IMG/VR virus record: IMGVR_UViG_3300028045_000010
Coordinates: 1-64,000 of that record
Source: a virus
Strand: one strand, 5' to 3'
Length of the DNA: 64,000 nt
Position numbers and translations under genes: made by a program. How positions within the stretch are numbered: position 1 is the first letter of the stretch; each line of letters starts with the position of its first letter. The notes below the pieces were generated by a model. The model did not search any database. It had not been told where the DNA came from and worked only from the letters and a program-made list of their open reading frames with translations. This document shows positions 33,343 to 44,199 of this stretch, one piece after another.

Positions 33343-33872
33343 AAAAAATGAATATTAATAAAGAAATAAAGTGTCCTAATTGTAGTTGGGAGTGGAATTT
33401 AGAAGTTGATGATAAAAATCCACACCTATGTCACAAATGTGGTTATGATTCAATTTTGAAGGATTTTGATATGCTTTCCTTAAAAAAATGGCAAGAAAAA
33501 AATGACCACCCCTTTGATGAGCACATTAAGGAAGGCTTACATATTAGGACGTTTCGTGAAGATGTTAATAAAGAAGAGCTAGTTTGGCATAGAGACAGAG
33601 AGGATAGAATAGTTTTTCCAATAAACGAAACTGATTGGAAGATTCAATTTGACAATCAAATCCCAATTAATATAGAGCCAAAAAACCCTATATTCATAGA
33701 GTCAGGAAAATATCATAGATTAATTAAAGGAACAAAAGATTTAAATTTTAAAATTTATAAAACGAATTTTGATGATAAGTCTAACATGAAGAATACAATA
33801 TACGAAACCTTTAAGGTTTTTTTAGAGAATGATTTTTTTCTAATTGATAATAAAAAAAATAATAAAAAATAA
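33333..33872 (+). CDS. Zn-ribbon plus cupin-like phage protein
   Basis: CPNC...CHKCG; ELVWHRDREDR...W.IQFD...YHRLIKG. Confidence 0.7.
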   Translation: MVVKKMNINKEIKCPNCSWEWNLEVDDKNPHLCHKCGYDSILKDFDMLSLKKWQEKNDHPFDEHIKEGLHIRTFREDVNKEELVWHRDREDRIVFPINETDWKIQFDNQIPINIEPKNPIFIESGKYHRLIKGTKDLNFKIYKTNFDDKSNMKNTIYETFKVFLENDFFLIDNKKNNKK

Positions 33873-34507
33873 TGTTAATTTCAGAGTCATATAAAAATAG
33901 ACTTAAAGAATTAGCTGGACTGATTTCTGAAGAAGTTGATGTAAATAGCGCACTTGCTCTTAGTGACTCTAGAACTGCTTTTAATTTAGATTTAATGACT
34001 CAAGCTATAGAAGAGGGTAGAGAAGTTGGAATTTTATATAAAGGAGACGAGATGAGAGCTCCTTCTGGTAAGTATAGATTAATTTATCCTGTTGCCATGG
34101 GAGTTTCAAAGGCTGGGAATAGGGTCATTAGAGCTATACATAAGCATGGTCAATCTGAATCTAAGGCAAAGGAAACTGGCATTCGTAGTTCAGAAGCCAA
34201 AAACGTTTGGAGATTATTTAAAACAAGTAACATTAAAGGCATGTGGTTGACTGGGAACTTTTTTCAAGGCCCAATAAATGGCTATAACCCTAATGATAAA
34301 GGTATGCTTACTGTTGAAATTTCTACGGATTTATCAAAAGTAAAAACATTCCAGGAAGAATTGTTTAAAAAACAAAAAGAAGAAGGTGAGCAGCAGTCAA
34401 AATTAAAAAGATTTAAAGACACAGGAGAAAGACCTTTGGAGCAACCCATTAATAATCCAGAAACTAGAATTGGTTCAGATTTAGAAAATAATAACGAAGA
34501 ACTTTAA
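33872..34507 (+). CDS. WYL-like domain protein with head-protein N-terminal motif
   Basis: ISESYKNRLKELAGLISEE, then ILYKG...RLIYPVAMG...IRA...WRLFKTSNI. Confidence 0.6.
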   Translation: MLISESYKNRLKELAGLISEEVDVNSALALSDSRTAFNLDLMTQAIEEGREVGILYKGDEMRAPSGKYRLIYPVAMGVSKAGNRVIRAIHKHGQSESKAKETGIRSSEAKNVWRLFKTSNIKGMWLTGNFFQGPINGYNPNDKGMLTVEISTDLSKVKTFQEELFKKQKEEGEQQSKLKRFKDTGERPLEQPINNPETRIGSDLENNNEEL

Positions 34508-37500
34508 TAAGATACGCTAAACATAGAAACTCCTCCTTTTGGATTTTCTTTTATCTGCTCATCAGTAAGGCTTTTTGTTTCTTTAGAAACTTGAATTATA
34601 TTATCAACAAAATCTTTAATTTCATTTTTATGAGTTATAATTAAAACATTTTGATACTTGTTTTTAAGATATTCAAATACATTTTCCATATCCATTGTAA
34701 GCTCATCATCTAAAGAACCAAACCCTTCATCAATAATACACAAAGAAGGCTTTGTAAGAGAGCTGACGAAGTGTAAAGAATCTCTAATTGCAACACTTCC
34801 TACAAAAACTTGTGAACCTGAGGCTTGCGACATTGGAAGAGCATCTTTCTCTGGTGAGTTGAAATAAAATATTTCTCTTATGTCTCCATTTGTTTTTATC
34901 TGCATCTCTATTTTAAAATCAACAAGATTTTTCAATATTGAATTTATTCTATGATTTATAATGGGAAGTTTATTTCTTATAATTCTAGCTGGTATTCCAT
35001 CTCTATGAATTGCCTGAAGGTATATTGCATATTTACCATAATTCTTTTCTGCTTCAGTAATTTTGTTTAAATTTTCTTTAAAATTTATAATATTATTTTT
35101 AGCAATACTTATTTTTAATTTAGATTCTGTAATTTTTTCATTTAATTGATATACCCTAAGTTTACATCCCTTTTTTTGAAAGTTAAATTCTTCTATTTCT
35201 TTTTCTAAAATTAAATTTATTTCAATAGCATCTTTATTTTTACTGATTAAAACTATCTCATTTTCCAGTCTTTCATTATGCTTTTCACTTTCAGACAAAA
35301 CTCCTCTCAAAGACTCAAGTTTTTTTGAATTATTTTCAACAGAAATATTATGCTCTTTTATTTTTGATATATTTTTAGACACTTCTAAGTCTTTGTTAAA
35401 GTTTTCTATTTGACTTTTAATAGATATTAATGAGTTTTTTAATGAATCAAATTTGTTTTTACTTTTATCAAATTCATTATTATTTTTTAGTATATTATTT
35501 GCCTTTTTTAACTTTTCTTTTGTGTTTGATAACACACCTTCTCCTCTCAATAAATCTTCTTCACATTTTTTTTGAATTTCTTGGTCTGCCTTTTTTTCTA
35601 CATTTCCACATGTGGGACATTTTTTTCCTTTTGAAACCTCTAGATTATTTCTTAATTTTAATAGTGCAGATTCTATTTTAATAACTTCATCATTTATTAA
35701 TTCTATATTTTCTTCTTTTTGTTTTGGGTTTTCCTTAATCCAAACCTCTAAAGCAATATACTCATTTCTAAGGTTTTTAAATTTATTTCTTTCAGATTTT
35801 ATATTACTTTCAATTTCAGAAAAAGATAAAACATTTTTATTTGGCACTTCTTTTTTGAAATTCTTAGAAATCCAATCCTCTAAATTTTTAATTAGCTCTT
35901 TTGTTTTTTCATTATTAATATTTAATTTAGAAATTGCTAAATTTATCTCATCTACAGTTTTATGTTCAGTTTTTTCAACTTTTATTAAAGACTTAGTTTT
36001 ATCTAAAATATTTTTATCATAATCTTCTTGTTCTTTTTCTACTTCTAAAATTTCTTTCTTATAAGTTTCTATTATTTGCTCATTACTTTTTAATAATTTC
36101 TCCTCACTTTCTATATTTAACTTATAATCTTTTGGGTTTCCAAGAACTTTTTGTCTAGCTTTTATTTCATTGAATTTATTTTTTGCAAAATCATATCTAT
36201 CTCTGAAAATTTCAAGACCTAAGTATTTATTTATTAAATCATTTTTAGGCTGTTGACTCATACTTACATAGTTTCCTTCTCCATTTTGAGCTTGAAGAAC
36301 AATTTTTGTAAAATCATCAAACTTACCAACAGATTTTACTATAACATTATCTCTCTCCGTCTTTTCTGTAGCGCTAGTTTCTGAATCTACATTCTCCCAC
36401 TTATATGAACCATCTTCCTTAAGTGTATATTTTTTATATTGTATTCCGTATGATACATCTGGCGTTCCGTCTCTCTTCTCTTTTACGGTTACAGTTCTTT
36501 CGATATAATATTTTTGAGAGGCTATAGTTAAATAAACTCTACCTCCACCTTTGTTGTCAGAAGTGTACATATTAACAAGTCTATAACTGTCACCACCACC
36601 CAGCATTTTTTTATATAAAATCCAAACTAAAACTCTTATTAAATTTGATTTTCCATTAAAGTTTTTACCAAAAATACCAGTCACTCCTTTAAGTCTATTA
36701 AAAGTAAATTCAGTTTTTTCTTCAGGAAATGAATATAAGTTCCAAACTTCCATTTTATCCAGAAACCATTTTTGTCCTTTTTCAGAAATGTAATTAAGCT
36801 CCTTGTCTATTTTTTTAGACAACTCTACAACCTCTTCTTCATTATCATATTCGCTATTTTCTACAAACTCTTTTAGCAGCTTAATAAATTCATCTGAATT
36901 AGAGTAGTCAACCTCTTCATCAATAGAAACATTTAATTCTTCATCTTTTTTTATAAAGCTACATTCTACTGATACTTTATCACAGCCATATTTTGTTTTT
37001 ACAATTTTTTCTATTTGTTTTTCTTTTTCTACAGAATAATTTTCCTCATAATCTTCCCAGACTATCTCAACCCTTGTTTTTTTTGGGTCATTTGATAAGA
37101 TTAATTCATCAACTCTCTCTTCAACCAACTCTCCTTTTGATATGTGTAATTTAGAAAATCCTACATCATTAAGTATAGTTTTCATTTTAAAAGTACTACT
37201 GTTTAAATTCCACATTAAATAACCTTTTTCCATAGATTCTCCAAAACCTTGTTGAATTAAACTCCCACTATAAGCAATACTTTCATTTTTAGAGCCTTTT
37301 GGACAAAACGCTTGATGCTCATGTATATCTCCAAGCATTACTATATCAAAATTGTCAAAAGTAGAAAGTCGCATTAAATCATCTCCCTTAATTTCATATC
37401 CATTATCTCCTCTACATCCATATACAGGCCCGTGATATAGAGCTATGTATTTTTTGTTGGGGTCCTTTTTGGTTAAGTTTAATATTTCATTATCTATGCA

Positions 37501-37959
37501 AGAATATATTCCATAAACAATACCATCTTCTACTTCATAAAATCCACTTTCTTTAAAGAAGTAAATTCCAAAATCTTTACCTGTATGCTCAGTTAGAGTA
37601 GGATTTTCTTTAGTTATATAATATCCATTATTAAGAAGTTTTATAATTGGGTCTAAAGCATTTCCTTGAGATAAAGACTGTAAATTTAGGTCATGATTTC
37701 CAAGGAGAATATCTACAGGAGCTATTTTAGAAAGCTCTTCCATAAGCCACCCAGCTAAAACCATTGAATTTGGAGATAGAGTAATTTTAATGTGAAACAA
37801 ATCTCCTGTTAATACAATTCTTTTAGGCTTTTCTATTTTTAAGTCATCAATAGTTCTTTGGAAAACTTCCTTATACTCTTCGTGTCTACTTCCATATCTA
37901 ATGTGAATATCAGATATGTGTGCTATAGAATTATTTATATCTACTTTAACTTTATCCAT
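34504..37959 (-). CDS. Fused SbcD/Mre11 nuclease and SbcC/Rad50 ATPase (gp47-gp46-like)
   Basis: DIH, GDLFH, GNHD and GDIHEHQ phosphoesterase motifs; GKNFNGKS Walker A; CPTC zinc hook in the coiled coil; SGSQ signature; IIDEGFGSLD; ITH. Confidence 0.92.
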   Translation of the reverse strand: MDKVKVDINNSIAHISDIHIRYGSRHEEYKEVFQRTIDDLKIEKPKRIVLTGDLFHIKITLSPNSMVLAGWLMEELSKIAPVDILLGNHDLNLQSLSQGNALDPIIKLLNNGYYITKENPTLTEHTGKDFGIYFFKESGFYEVEDGIVYGIYSCIDNEILNLTKKDPNKKYIALYHGPVYGCRGDNGYEIKGDDLMRLSTFDNFDIVMLGDIHEHQAFCPKGSKNESIAYSGSLIQQGFGESMEKGYLMWNLNSSTFKMKTILNDVGFSKLHISKGELVEERVDELILSNDPKKTRVEIVWEDYEENYSVEKEKQIEKIVKTKYGCDKVSVECSFIKKDEELNVSIDEEVDYSNSDEFIKLLKEFVENSEYDNEEEVVELSKKIDKELNYISEKGQKWFLDKMEVWNLYSFPEEKTEFTFNRLKGVTGIFGKNFNGKSNLIRVLVWILYKKMLGGGDSYRLVNMYTSDNKGGGRVYLTIASQKYYIERTVTVKEKRDGTPDVSYGIQYKKYTLKEDGSYKWENVDSETSATEKTERDNVIVKSVGKFDDFTKIVLQAQNGEGNYVSMSQQPKNDLINKYLGLEIFRDRYDFAKNKFNEIKARQKVLGNPKDYKLNIESEEKLLKSNEQIIETYKKEILEVEKEQEDYDKNILDKTKSLIKVEKTEHKTVDEINLAISKLNINNEKTKELIKNLEDWISKNFKKEVPNKNVLSFSEIESNIKSERNKFKNLRNEYIALEVWIKENPKQKEENIELINDEVIKIESALLKLRNNLEVSKGKKCPTCGNVEKKADQEIQKKCEEDLLRGEGVLSNTKEKLKKANNILKNNNEFDKSKNKFDSLKNSLISIKSQIENFNKDLEVSKNISKIKEHNISVENNSKKLESLRGVLSESEKHNERLENEIVLISKNKDAIEINLILEKEIEEFNFQKKGCKLRVYQLNEKITESKLKISIAKNNIINFKENLNKITEAEKNYGKYAIYLQAIHRDGIPARIIRNKLPIINHRINSILKNLVDFKIEMQIKTNGDIREIFYFNSPEKDALPMSQASGSQVFVGSVAIRDSLHFVSSLTKPSLCIIDEGFGSLDDELTMDMENVFEYLKNKYQNVLIITHKNEIKDFVDNIIQVSKETKSLTDEQIKENPKGGVSMFSVSY

Positions 37960-39022
37960 TTTGGTCTTTTAATATTTCTTTTTTCATTTGTTCCCAATCT
38001 TCTTTTAGCTTTTTTTCATCTACATAATGTGATTTTTTACCTTTTTCTTTAAGTGCTAATTTTTGAAACATATATTGGAAATCAATTTTTCTACAAGTTC
38101 TTAGAAGTTCTACTGTAGCATTCTTTCCATTTTTCTTAACAAACTCATCTATATCATCTTTTATTTCAACAAAATACACATCTAAACCATAAGACGTTAG
38201 CTCATTATATAAAGATATACTGTCATATAGAGCATCTTCATCTAAGCAGAGTATAACTCTACTTTTGTGTTCCTTTAATTTTTTTACTATAAACTCTGAA
38301 GGAACTTTCCCTAACATTGGAATTGCGTTATAAAGGTGAATCATATCAAAAACTCCCTCAACTAAAATTATTGGTAAATCAAAGTTTATATTTTTAGAAT
38401 TAAATATAATCTCTGTTCTAGCCACCTCTTCTTTTGGCGGTCCCATGTAATTTGGTTTTATAAAATCATAATAAGAACGTCCAACATAATAGTTAACTTG
38501 TCCATATTCATTATATGATGGAAAAATTATTCTATATTTTCTATTGCCTTTATTTTCCGTATATCCTATATTATATTTCTTAATCAAATCCCAACTTAAA
38601 GCTCTTTGGCCCTTCTTTTTTCCTGTAATATACATTACAGCAGATTTATAGTATTTACTATCACTTTTTTTAGTGAGAGGATTAAATCCTTCTGGAAGTT
38701 GGCAAACTATAAGCTCATTATACTCTTTAGTTTTTTGATTATTTTTTATGTAATTCTTCTTAGGTAGTACAGAGCTTATTCTTTCTAAGTCATCTTTATT
38801 TCCATAGTCTTCAGCTATCCTATGTGCGGTGCCACTATATTTACACTTCCAACAGTGGAAGATGTTGTTTTTAGAATTATAAGCAAGATTATACTTTTCA
38901 TCGTGCCTACAAATTTTTGATTTACAATTAAATTCATACTCCTTAAGGTTTATAGACTCTTTTTTAGGAGCTCCTAAAATCTTAATTAAGATGTTTAATA
39001 TTATTTGAGAAGTATTGTTCAC
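37952..39022 (-). CDS. DNA primase (zinc finger plus TOPRIM)
   Basis: FNC...C.H...FHCWKC; RIIFP; YYVGR; LVEGVFD; LDED; DIDE. Confidence 0.88.
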   Translation of the reverse strand: MNNTSQIILNILIKILGAPKKESINLKEYEFNCKSKICRHDEKYNLAYNSKNNIFHCWKCKYSGTAHRIAEDYGNKDDLERISSVLPKKNYIKNNQKTKEYNELIVCQLPEGFNPLTKKSDSKYYKSAVMYITGKKKGQRALSWDLIKKYNIGYTENKGNRKYRIIFPSYNEYGQVNYYVGRSYYDFIKPNYMGPPKEEVARTEIIFNSKNINFDLPIILVEGVFDMIHLYNAIPMLGKVPSEFIVKKLKEHKSRVILCLDEDALYDSISLYNELTSYGLDVYFVEIKDDIDEFVKKNGKNATVELLRTCRKIDFQYMFQKLALKEKGKKSHYVDEKKLKEDWEQMKKEILKDQNG

Positions 39023-39041
39023 TTATTTGTATTTATATGTA

Positions 39042-39049
39042 CAAATATA
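39042..39049 (-). promoter_or_regulatory. Bacteroidota-type -7 promoter TATATTTG upstream of primase
   Basis: Perfect TAnnTTTG match. Confidence 0.6.
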
Positions 39050-39106
39050 AAAAAATAAGAGATATTTTACAATTATTTGTTATAATAAATTAATTATTGT
39101 TAACAA

Positions 39107-39679
39107 TTAATCTTTAGAAATATTTTTTTGAGTTTTTTCTCTTGTAATTATATCGCATAAACCACAAACATAAGCGTCTGACATATCAAAATTCTCTTTC
39201 ATTAATTTATGTGTTCTTTTTGAATATTTCCAGTTAATTTGAGGTTCTCTTTCTACAACGTTTTCCCAAATGATATATTTTTTATTTGGTGCACTTTGTG
39301 GAATTTTTAAATCTGGGAAGGCTGTCTTTCTTGCTGTATTTACATTATAATATCTAGGTACTGTTCCAAATTTTCTATATAAATATCCACTAATCATAGC
39401 GTTCATAAAAGTTAACTTTTGTATAGTATCTGCATTTGAAAATCTGCCTTTAAATTTCTTTAAAGGCTCTTCTATTGATATGTGTTCAATTTTATGTTCT
39501 GAATTTTCCAACCCAAGAGCAGAGCTTAATGTGTCCATGTATTTAATGAAGTCGTCTAACCTTTCAAATAAAGTTGTTTTTTCTTTAAATTTAATATACT
39601 CTAAACTACAAATTTGATTTTCGCTATCAAATAAAGATATTCCTACTACAGTTGTCGATATGTCTAATCCTAATGTCAT
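39107..39679 (-). CDS. RuvC-like Holliday junction resolvase
   Basis: LGLDISTTVVG, ISIEEP and FDMSDAY acidic catalytic pattern. Confidence 0.82.
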   Translation of the reverse strand: MTLGLDISTTVVGISLFDSENQICSLEYIKFKEKTTLFERLDDFIKYMDTLSSALGLENSEHKIEHISIEEPLKKFKGRFSNADTIQKLTFMNAMISGYLYRKFGTVPRYYNVNTARKTAFPDLKIPQSAPNKKYIIWENVVEREPQINWKYSKRTHKLMKENFDMSDAYVCGLCDIITREKTQKNISKD

Positions 39680-39726
39680 TTTTTTTACTTTTTTATAAAA
39701 TACATTTATTTAAAAAAAAGTAAACA

Positions 39727-39755
39727 AAAAAGCCTGAACATTTAATCCAGGCCTT
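39727..39755 (-). terminator. Probable terminator after the structural operon
   Basis: AAGGCCTGGAT...GTTCAGGCTTTTT on the minus strand. Confidence 0.55.
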
Positions 39756-39775
39756 CAATGTTTAATTATAAAAAT

Positions 39776-40936
39776 TTACATTTCTAAATTTATTTCAAAA
39801 GTTATAGCGTTAACATAATTTTTTTCAACTGGTTCGCTTAGTTTTGCGACAGCTATAAGTTCTCCAAGAGGATTGTATAGACCAACTTCAGTTACATATA
39901 TAGAGTCAAAATTAACAAAACCTTCTTCACTGTTTATTTGTGCCAAAGCCTTATCTGAGTCCCAAGTTTTATTATTAGATATATAAAATTGCTGAGGAAG
40001 CGCTAAGCACACCGAAGTCATTTTAAATGAAGTGTCTATATCTTTAAATGACAATAAAGAACCTTCAGAACTTGCATCTGATAAATTACTCCCAGTAAAG
40101 TGTATTTTAGTTTTACTTCCAACATTAAAGTCATCAGTATATGCAGAGCCGTCTGAAGTGAATCCAGATGTCCAGGGAAAATTATTTACAATTTGTGGGT
40201 GAGTTATGACCATATAGCCTTTATCTAAAACTGCAAAACCACAAGGTATGTCATAATTATAACCATCTCTACCGTTAGGATATCCAGCATCAACTGCTAC
40301 TGCATAATTTATACTAGAAGATGGTCTTTGGTCTGTATTATAAAAATCTCTTATTTCTGTGTTAGAAACTGCGCCTACCCTATCTTTATAGTCACCAGTT
40401 GGGTCCCAAGATGTTACGGTAGAGTTATTTATAGCATCATCTAACTCGTTTCTTGTTTTTCCAGTGTAAGGTAGATTTATATCGTCAGAAAATAAAAATA
40501 CTACATTATCTCCTAATAATATGTTTGATTCAGACTTTAAAGCATTTGACGAGCTGTATGTACTAGATATCAAAGTAACTCCTGACAATTCATTAGGAGT
40601 TGCACTTCCGCTAACAGGAACTCTAAAGTTAATAGTTTTTCCATCTATAAATTCACTATACTCACTTGCTGGTATAGGTGTTATTATAATTTGGTCAACA
40701 TTTAACTGTTGAAGTTCTGGGAATATTTTTGACATATCGCTAGTAGTAGGTAAAGCTCCGCTTTTATATGGCAAATTAAAAGACATAAAATAATTGCCTT
40801 TTTTGTCGGTAATATTATCTCTATCACATAGAGTGTATGTTAATTCAGTTTCAAATAAGCTCTTTATTTGAGAAGACTCCCTTTGAAGTGCTATATATGA
40901 ATCTACTTTTTTTGTAAATCTAGAATCTGCAATCAT
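39776..40936 (-). CDS. Virion structural (baseplate/tail) protein
   Basis: C-terminal YVTEVGLYNPLGELIAVAKLSEPVEK motif. Confidence 0.75.
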   Translation of the reverse strand: MIADSRFTKKVDSYIALQRESSQIKSLFETELTYTLCDRDNITDKKGNYFMSFNLPYKSGALPTTSDMSKIFPELQQLNVDQIIITPIPASEYSEFIDGKTINFRVPVSGSATPNELSGVTLISSTYSSSNALKSESNILLGDNVVFLFSDDINLPYTGKTRNELDDAINNSTVTSWDPTGDYKDRVGAVSNTEIRDFYNTDQRPSSSINYAVAVDAGYPNGRDGYNYDIPCGFAVLDKGYMVITHPQIVNNFPWTSGFTSDGSAYTDDFNVGSKTKIHFTGSNLSDASSEGSLLSFKDIDTSFKMTSVCLALPQQFYISNNKTWDSDKALAQINSEEGFVNFDSIYVTEVGLYNPLGELIAVAKLSEPVEKNYVNAITFEINLEM

Positions 40937-40962
40937 TTTATTTATTTATTTAATTAATTTAT

Positions 40963-41376
40963 TTATCTTTTAAGTACAGGAAATGCTCCAGGTACAGTAG
41001 AAAATGTTCTAACAACGCTTTTAGTATATTTAAAAGATAAAGAAAACGTTCCAATATCTCCATTTCCTACCATAACATTTGAAGGGTTACCATAGAATTG
41101 AAAATTAATAGTTTTACTCCTAGTTGAACCTGATGAATCTAGAACTACCGAACCTTCTTTTGTTGTGTTTACCCAACCTATAAGAGCTTGCCTTAGTCCT
41201 TCGTCAAAATTACTCATCACACCCCAATCATTATATATTACATTTTGATTTGAATCAAAAACAACTTGTTCAATTGGAGTTTTTGATTCAGTCTGTGGTG
41301 CTGGGCCTAATCTTTTCGTTCTTGGGACTGGGCTATAGTCTTTGGAAACTTTTCTTGGTGGTGATACGCTTTTCAT
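40963..41376 (-). CDS. Hypothetical (structural operon) protein
   Basis: 137-aa ORF within the operon. Confidence 0.6.
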   Translation of the reverse strand: MKSVSPPRKVSKDYSPVPRTKRLGPAPQTESKTPIEQVVFDSNQNVIYNDWGVMSNFDEGLRQALIGWVNTTKEGSVVLDSSGSTRSKTINFQFYGNPSNVMVGNGDIGTFSLSFKYTKSVVRTFSTVPGAFPVLKR

Positions 41377-41381
41377 AATTT

Positions 41382-42098
41382 TTAATTTGTTGTGTTATTT
41401 GGGTTTGGAACTGATTTACTGCCAAATTTACTTGGAGAAATCTTTTTAGATATCATTTGATAATCTTTCAACTTAACAGTTTTTGCTGTAGCCGTTTCAA
41501 ATTGTATTGTAACTATATTACTATCTTCTTCAATACTTGGATAGATAATTCTCATTCTATATCCAGGATTTCCTCCTGATGGCTCTAAAAGATTTATTAC
41601 CAATTCATTATCTTTCATTACTAAGTCTCCAAAAACTTTTGGAAGAACATCATAAGTAGCTTCTAAAGTAGCTTCTTGATTAATTAAAGTTATTAATTCT
41701 TGTGTTATAACAGTTTCTAATTTAGATAAATCTTTATTTAAATCCATCACTATGTCTTTTTTACTTGTTATATACTCTAAAGTATCAAGTTCAGTTGCGA
41801 GAGACGCATCTTGTGGACTAATTAAGTTTGTTAAAGTTCTACCCTTAGCTCCAGTTATATTCCCTTCATTCTCTCCAGATAAATCAGGAATATCACCAGA
41901 AGTTAATAGGTCTGGTAATTTATAATTTACATCTGGGTCTCCTAAGGAAAATCTTTCCACTTGTAATCTATCCACCTGAGTTCCGTCTGATAGTTCGACA
42001 AACCTAGGGTTGTTTTCGTCTTGAAATAAGTATTTTCTTCCTATCTCTGTCAGATAAGCTGTTGCATATACTGTAGTTGCTGATGTTATTGCTCCCAT
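41382..42098 (-). CDS. Virion structural protein
   Basis: AYLTEIGRKYL...FSLGDPDVNY N-terminus, paralogous to the 42119-44161 N-terminus. Confidence 0.72.
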   Translation of the reverse strand: MGAITSATTVYATAYLTEIGRKYLFQDENNPRFVELSDGTQVDRLQVERFSLGDPDVNYKLPDLLTSGDIPDLSGENEGNITGAKGRTLTNLISPQDASLATELDTLEYITSKKDIVMDLNKDLSKLETVITQELITLINQEATLEATYDVLPKVFGDLVMKDNELVINLLEPSGGNPGYRMRIIYPSIEEDSNIVTIQFETATAKTVKLKDYQMISKKISPSKFGSKSVPNPNNTTN

Positions 42099-42118
42099 TT
42101 TTTATTTAATTTATTATT

Positions 42119-44161
42119 TTAAAAATCTATTTGTAATTGAAAAGTTAAAAATCTTCCTTCGTTTTTCTTTATTGGATATGTAGGCTTTCCTGCTGCTACC
42201 AAATTCCCAGCATTATCTAATATCCCAACTTCTGTTATATATGTATTATTGTCTAAGCTACTAAAAGTAAAGTTGTTAGAAGAGTTGAAAGAATCATTTT
42301 TAGCAAATGTTGTTATTACGGTTTTGTATGTTGTGGACAAAATATCAGCATCCACATTTCCAAACAAAAACGATTCGTCTCCAAAAGTAAGTCCAGTTAA
42401 ACTGTGGTCATCATTATTAGTAAATATACTATCTAAAGAATAAGTTGTTCCACTATCATAGTCTTCTTGAGATATTATAAATTGATATCCATTAAGTTTG
42501 TTTGGCTCTATTGTTAAATCACTAGTATCGCCAGTATATATTCCATTTCCAACTACTGATGATATTAATTTCCAATCTGTTGATGGAATATCTGACAAAG
42601 TCGTTATTTCAGAAGATGTACCAATATCTTGTTCGCTAACTAGTAGTTGAACTTTGTTGGCGTTCCATCCTGTTCCAGAAAAAGGAGATGTTGCATCCAT
42701 ATTTATGCTACTTCTTAAGTACGGAAAAGAGTTTGTTGGAAATGTAGCTGTTAAAAATTGATTATTTCCATTGCTATCAGTTTCTCCATCTATTTGCTGC
42801 ACATATCCACAATGTAAAGCTTGAGGATAGCCAAAAGTCGAACCTGATGAATATGTTGAGTCGCTTTCTGTTATATAAGTGGCAAAATAAGTTTTTCCAG
42901 ATTTACATAATCCAGTTGCTTGAACTGTTGTTAAAGGATATTTAGGCGTAGATGCTAAATTTAAATTTAATTCAGGTAATGTATAGTTTCTATTTGACTT
43001 ATAAGTCATTGCTGTTAACATTTCAGCATCTGTTATTATTATTAATTTAAGCTTATGATAAACTCTACCAACTATTTTACTTGTACTAGAAACTCCATCT
43101 CGCAAATCTCTATAAGTACTATTGGATACAGTATCAGTATTCGTTATTCCTTGAACATCATAAAGAGTTACTCCAAACTCTAAACCTCCACCATTATCTT
43201 CGGTAGAATTATGCCACATTATATAAGGCAAATCTACTCTTACACTTGTCTCTACAAACTGTTCCGCATAAGTATTTCCAGTATACTCATTTGTATAGTG
43301 CAATATTCCTATAGCAACTGTGTTTTTATCAAATCCTAAATAGGCTTTAGTGCCATTATAATCTATAGAACCATAAGATGTATATCCGCTAGTTGCGTCT
43401 GTCACTCCTTCTACACTTTGAGTTCTTATTATATTCATATTCCAAACTTCTGGGTTGATAGTTGCTCCTGTTCCGTAATATGTTTCAACTCCATTATATG
43501 GATAAAAATAAGTATTTATAGTCTGAGCATTTGTTGATGATGCAAAGTCTGGGGTTGGTCTGTCTAAATTTATTGTGTCAGAACCGTTTGTAGCCGTTAC
43601 TCTGTACCATAAAGAAACTGTTGGATTGCCAGAAGGCACTAAGACGTCTGTATATGTAGCACCACTATTTTGTATTGGCTCCCAAGGTATAAACACTAAA
43701 TCTCCTGCATTAGGAAAGTAAGAGCCTCCAGGGTTATCAAGCAAAACAGATGTTCCTCCACCTAATGGAGATGTGGTATACGTAATTGTATTAAAATTTC
43801 CTAATAATTTTGTTGTATCTATTGCTGTAGATGCACTACTTATTGTCGACCCAGTAAACATTCCATAACTTCCTGTAGCTCCTGTTGCAAATTGTTTTGC
43901 AGAAACTAATTGATTTCCCTCTAAAGGGATTGCATTAGTTGAGTCAAAGTTTATAGAAAAACCAGGCTCTGTATCTACTGGTGATATTATTCTATTGTTA
44001 GTTATATCATACTTCTCAGTTCTATCTATTCCGTAATTTACTTCTCTATCAGAAAGAACTGCACTAGTAAAGTTAAGACTTCCCAAAGAAAGCTGTCTTC
44101 TGCCTGCATCAGTTAATTTAACATTAATAAATGTTTTAGGTTCGTTTAAAATATATCCCAT
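42119..44161 (-). CDS. Virion structural (baseplate/tail) protein
   Basis: KLTDAGRRQL...DREVNY N-terminus; YITEVGILDNAGNLVAAGKPTYPIKK C-terminus. Confidence 0.75.
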   Translation of the reverse strand: MGYILNEPKTFINVKLTDAGRRQLSLGSLNFTSAVLSDREVNYGIDRTEKYDITNNRIISPVDTEPGFSINFDSTNAIPLEGNQLVSAKQFATGATGSYGMFTGSTISSASTAIDTTKLLGNFNTITYTTSPLGGGTSVLLDNPGGSYFPNAGDLVFIPWEPIQNSGATYTDVLVPSGNPTVSLWYRVTATNGSDTINLDRPTPDFASSTNAQTINTYFYPYNGVETYYGTGATINPEVWNMNIIRTQSVEGVTDATSGYTSYGSIDYNGTKAYLGFDKNTVAIGILHYTNEYTGNTYAEQFVETSVRVDLPYIMWHNSTEDNGGGLEFGVTLYDVQGITNTDTVSNSTYRDLRDGVSSTSKIVGRVYHKLKLIIITDAEMLTAMTYKSNRNYTLPELNLNLASTPKYPLTTVQATGLCKSGKTYFATYITESDSTYSSGSTFGYPQALHCGYVQQIDGETDSNGNNQFLTATFPTNSFPYLRSSINMDATSPFSGTGWNANKVQLLVSEQDIGTSSEITTLSDIPSTDWKLISSVVGNGIYTGDTSDLTIEPNKLNGYQFIISQEDYDSGTTYSLDSIFTNNDDHSLTGLTFGDESFLFGNVDADILSTTYKTVITTFAKNDSFNSSNNFTFSSLDNNTYITEVGILDNAGNLVAAGKPTYPIKKNEGRFLTFQLQIDF

Positions 44162-44199
44162 TTTCTATTTACTCTTTTAAAGAATTTAGTATAATATAA

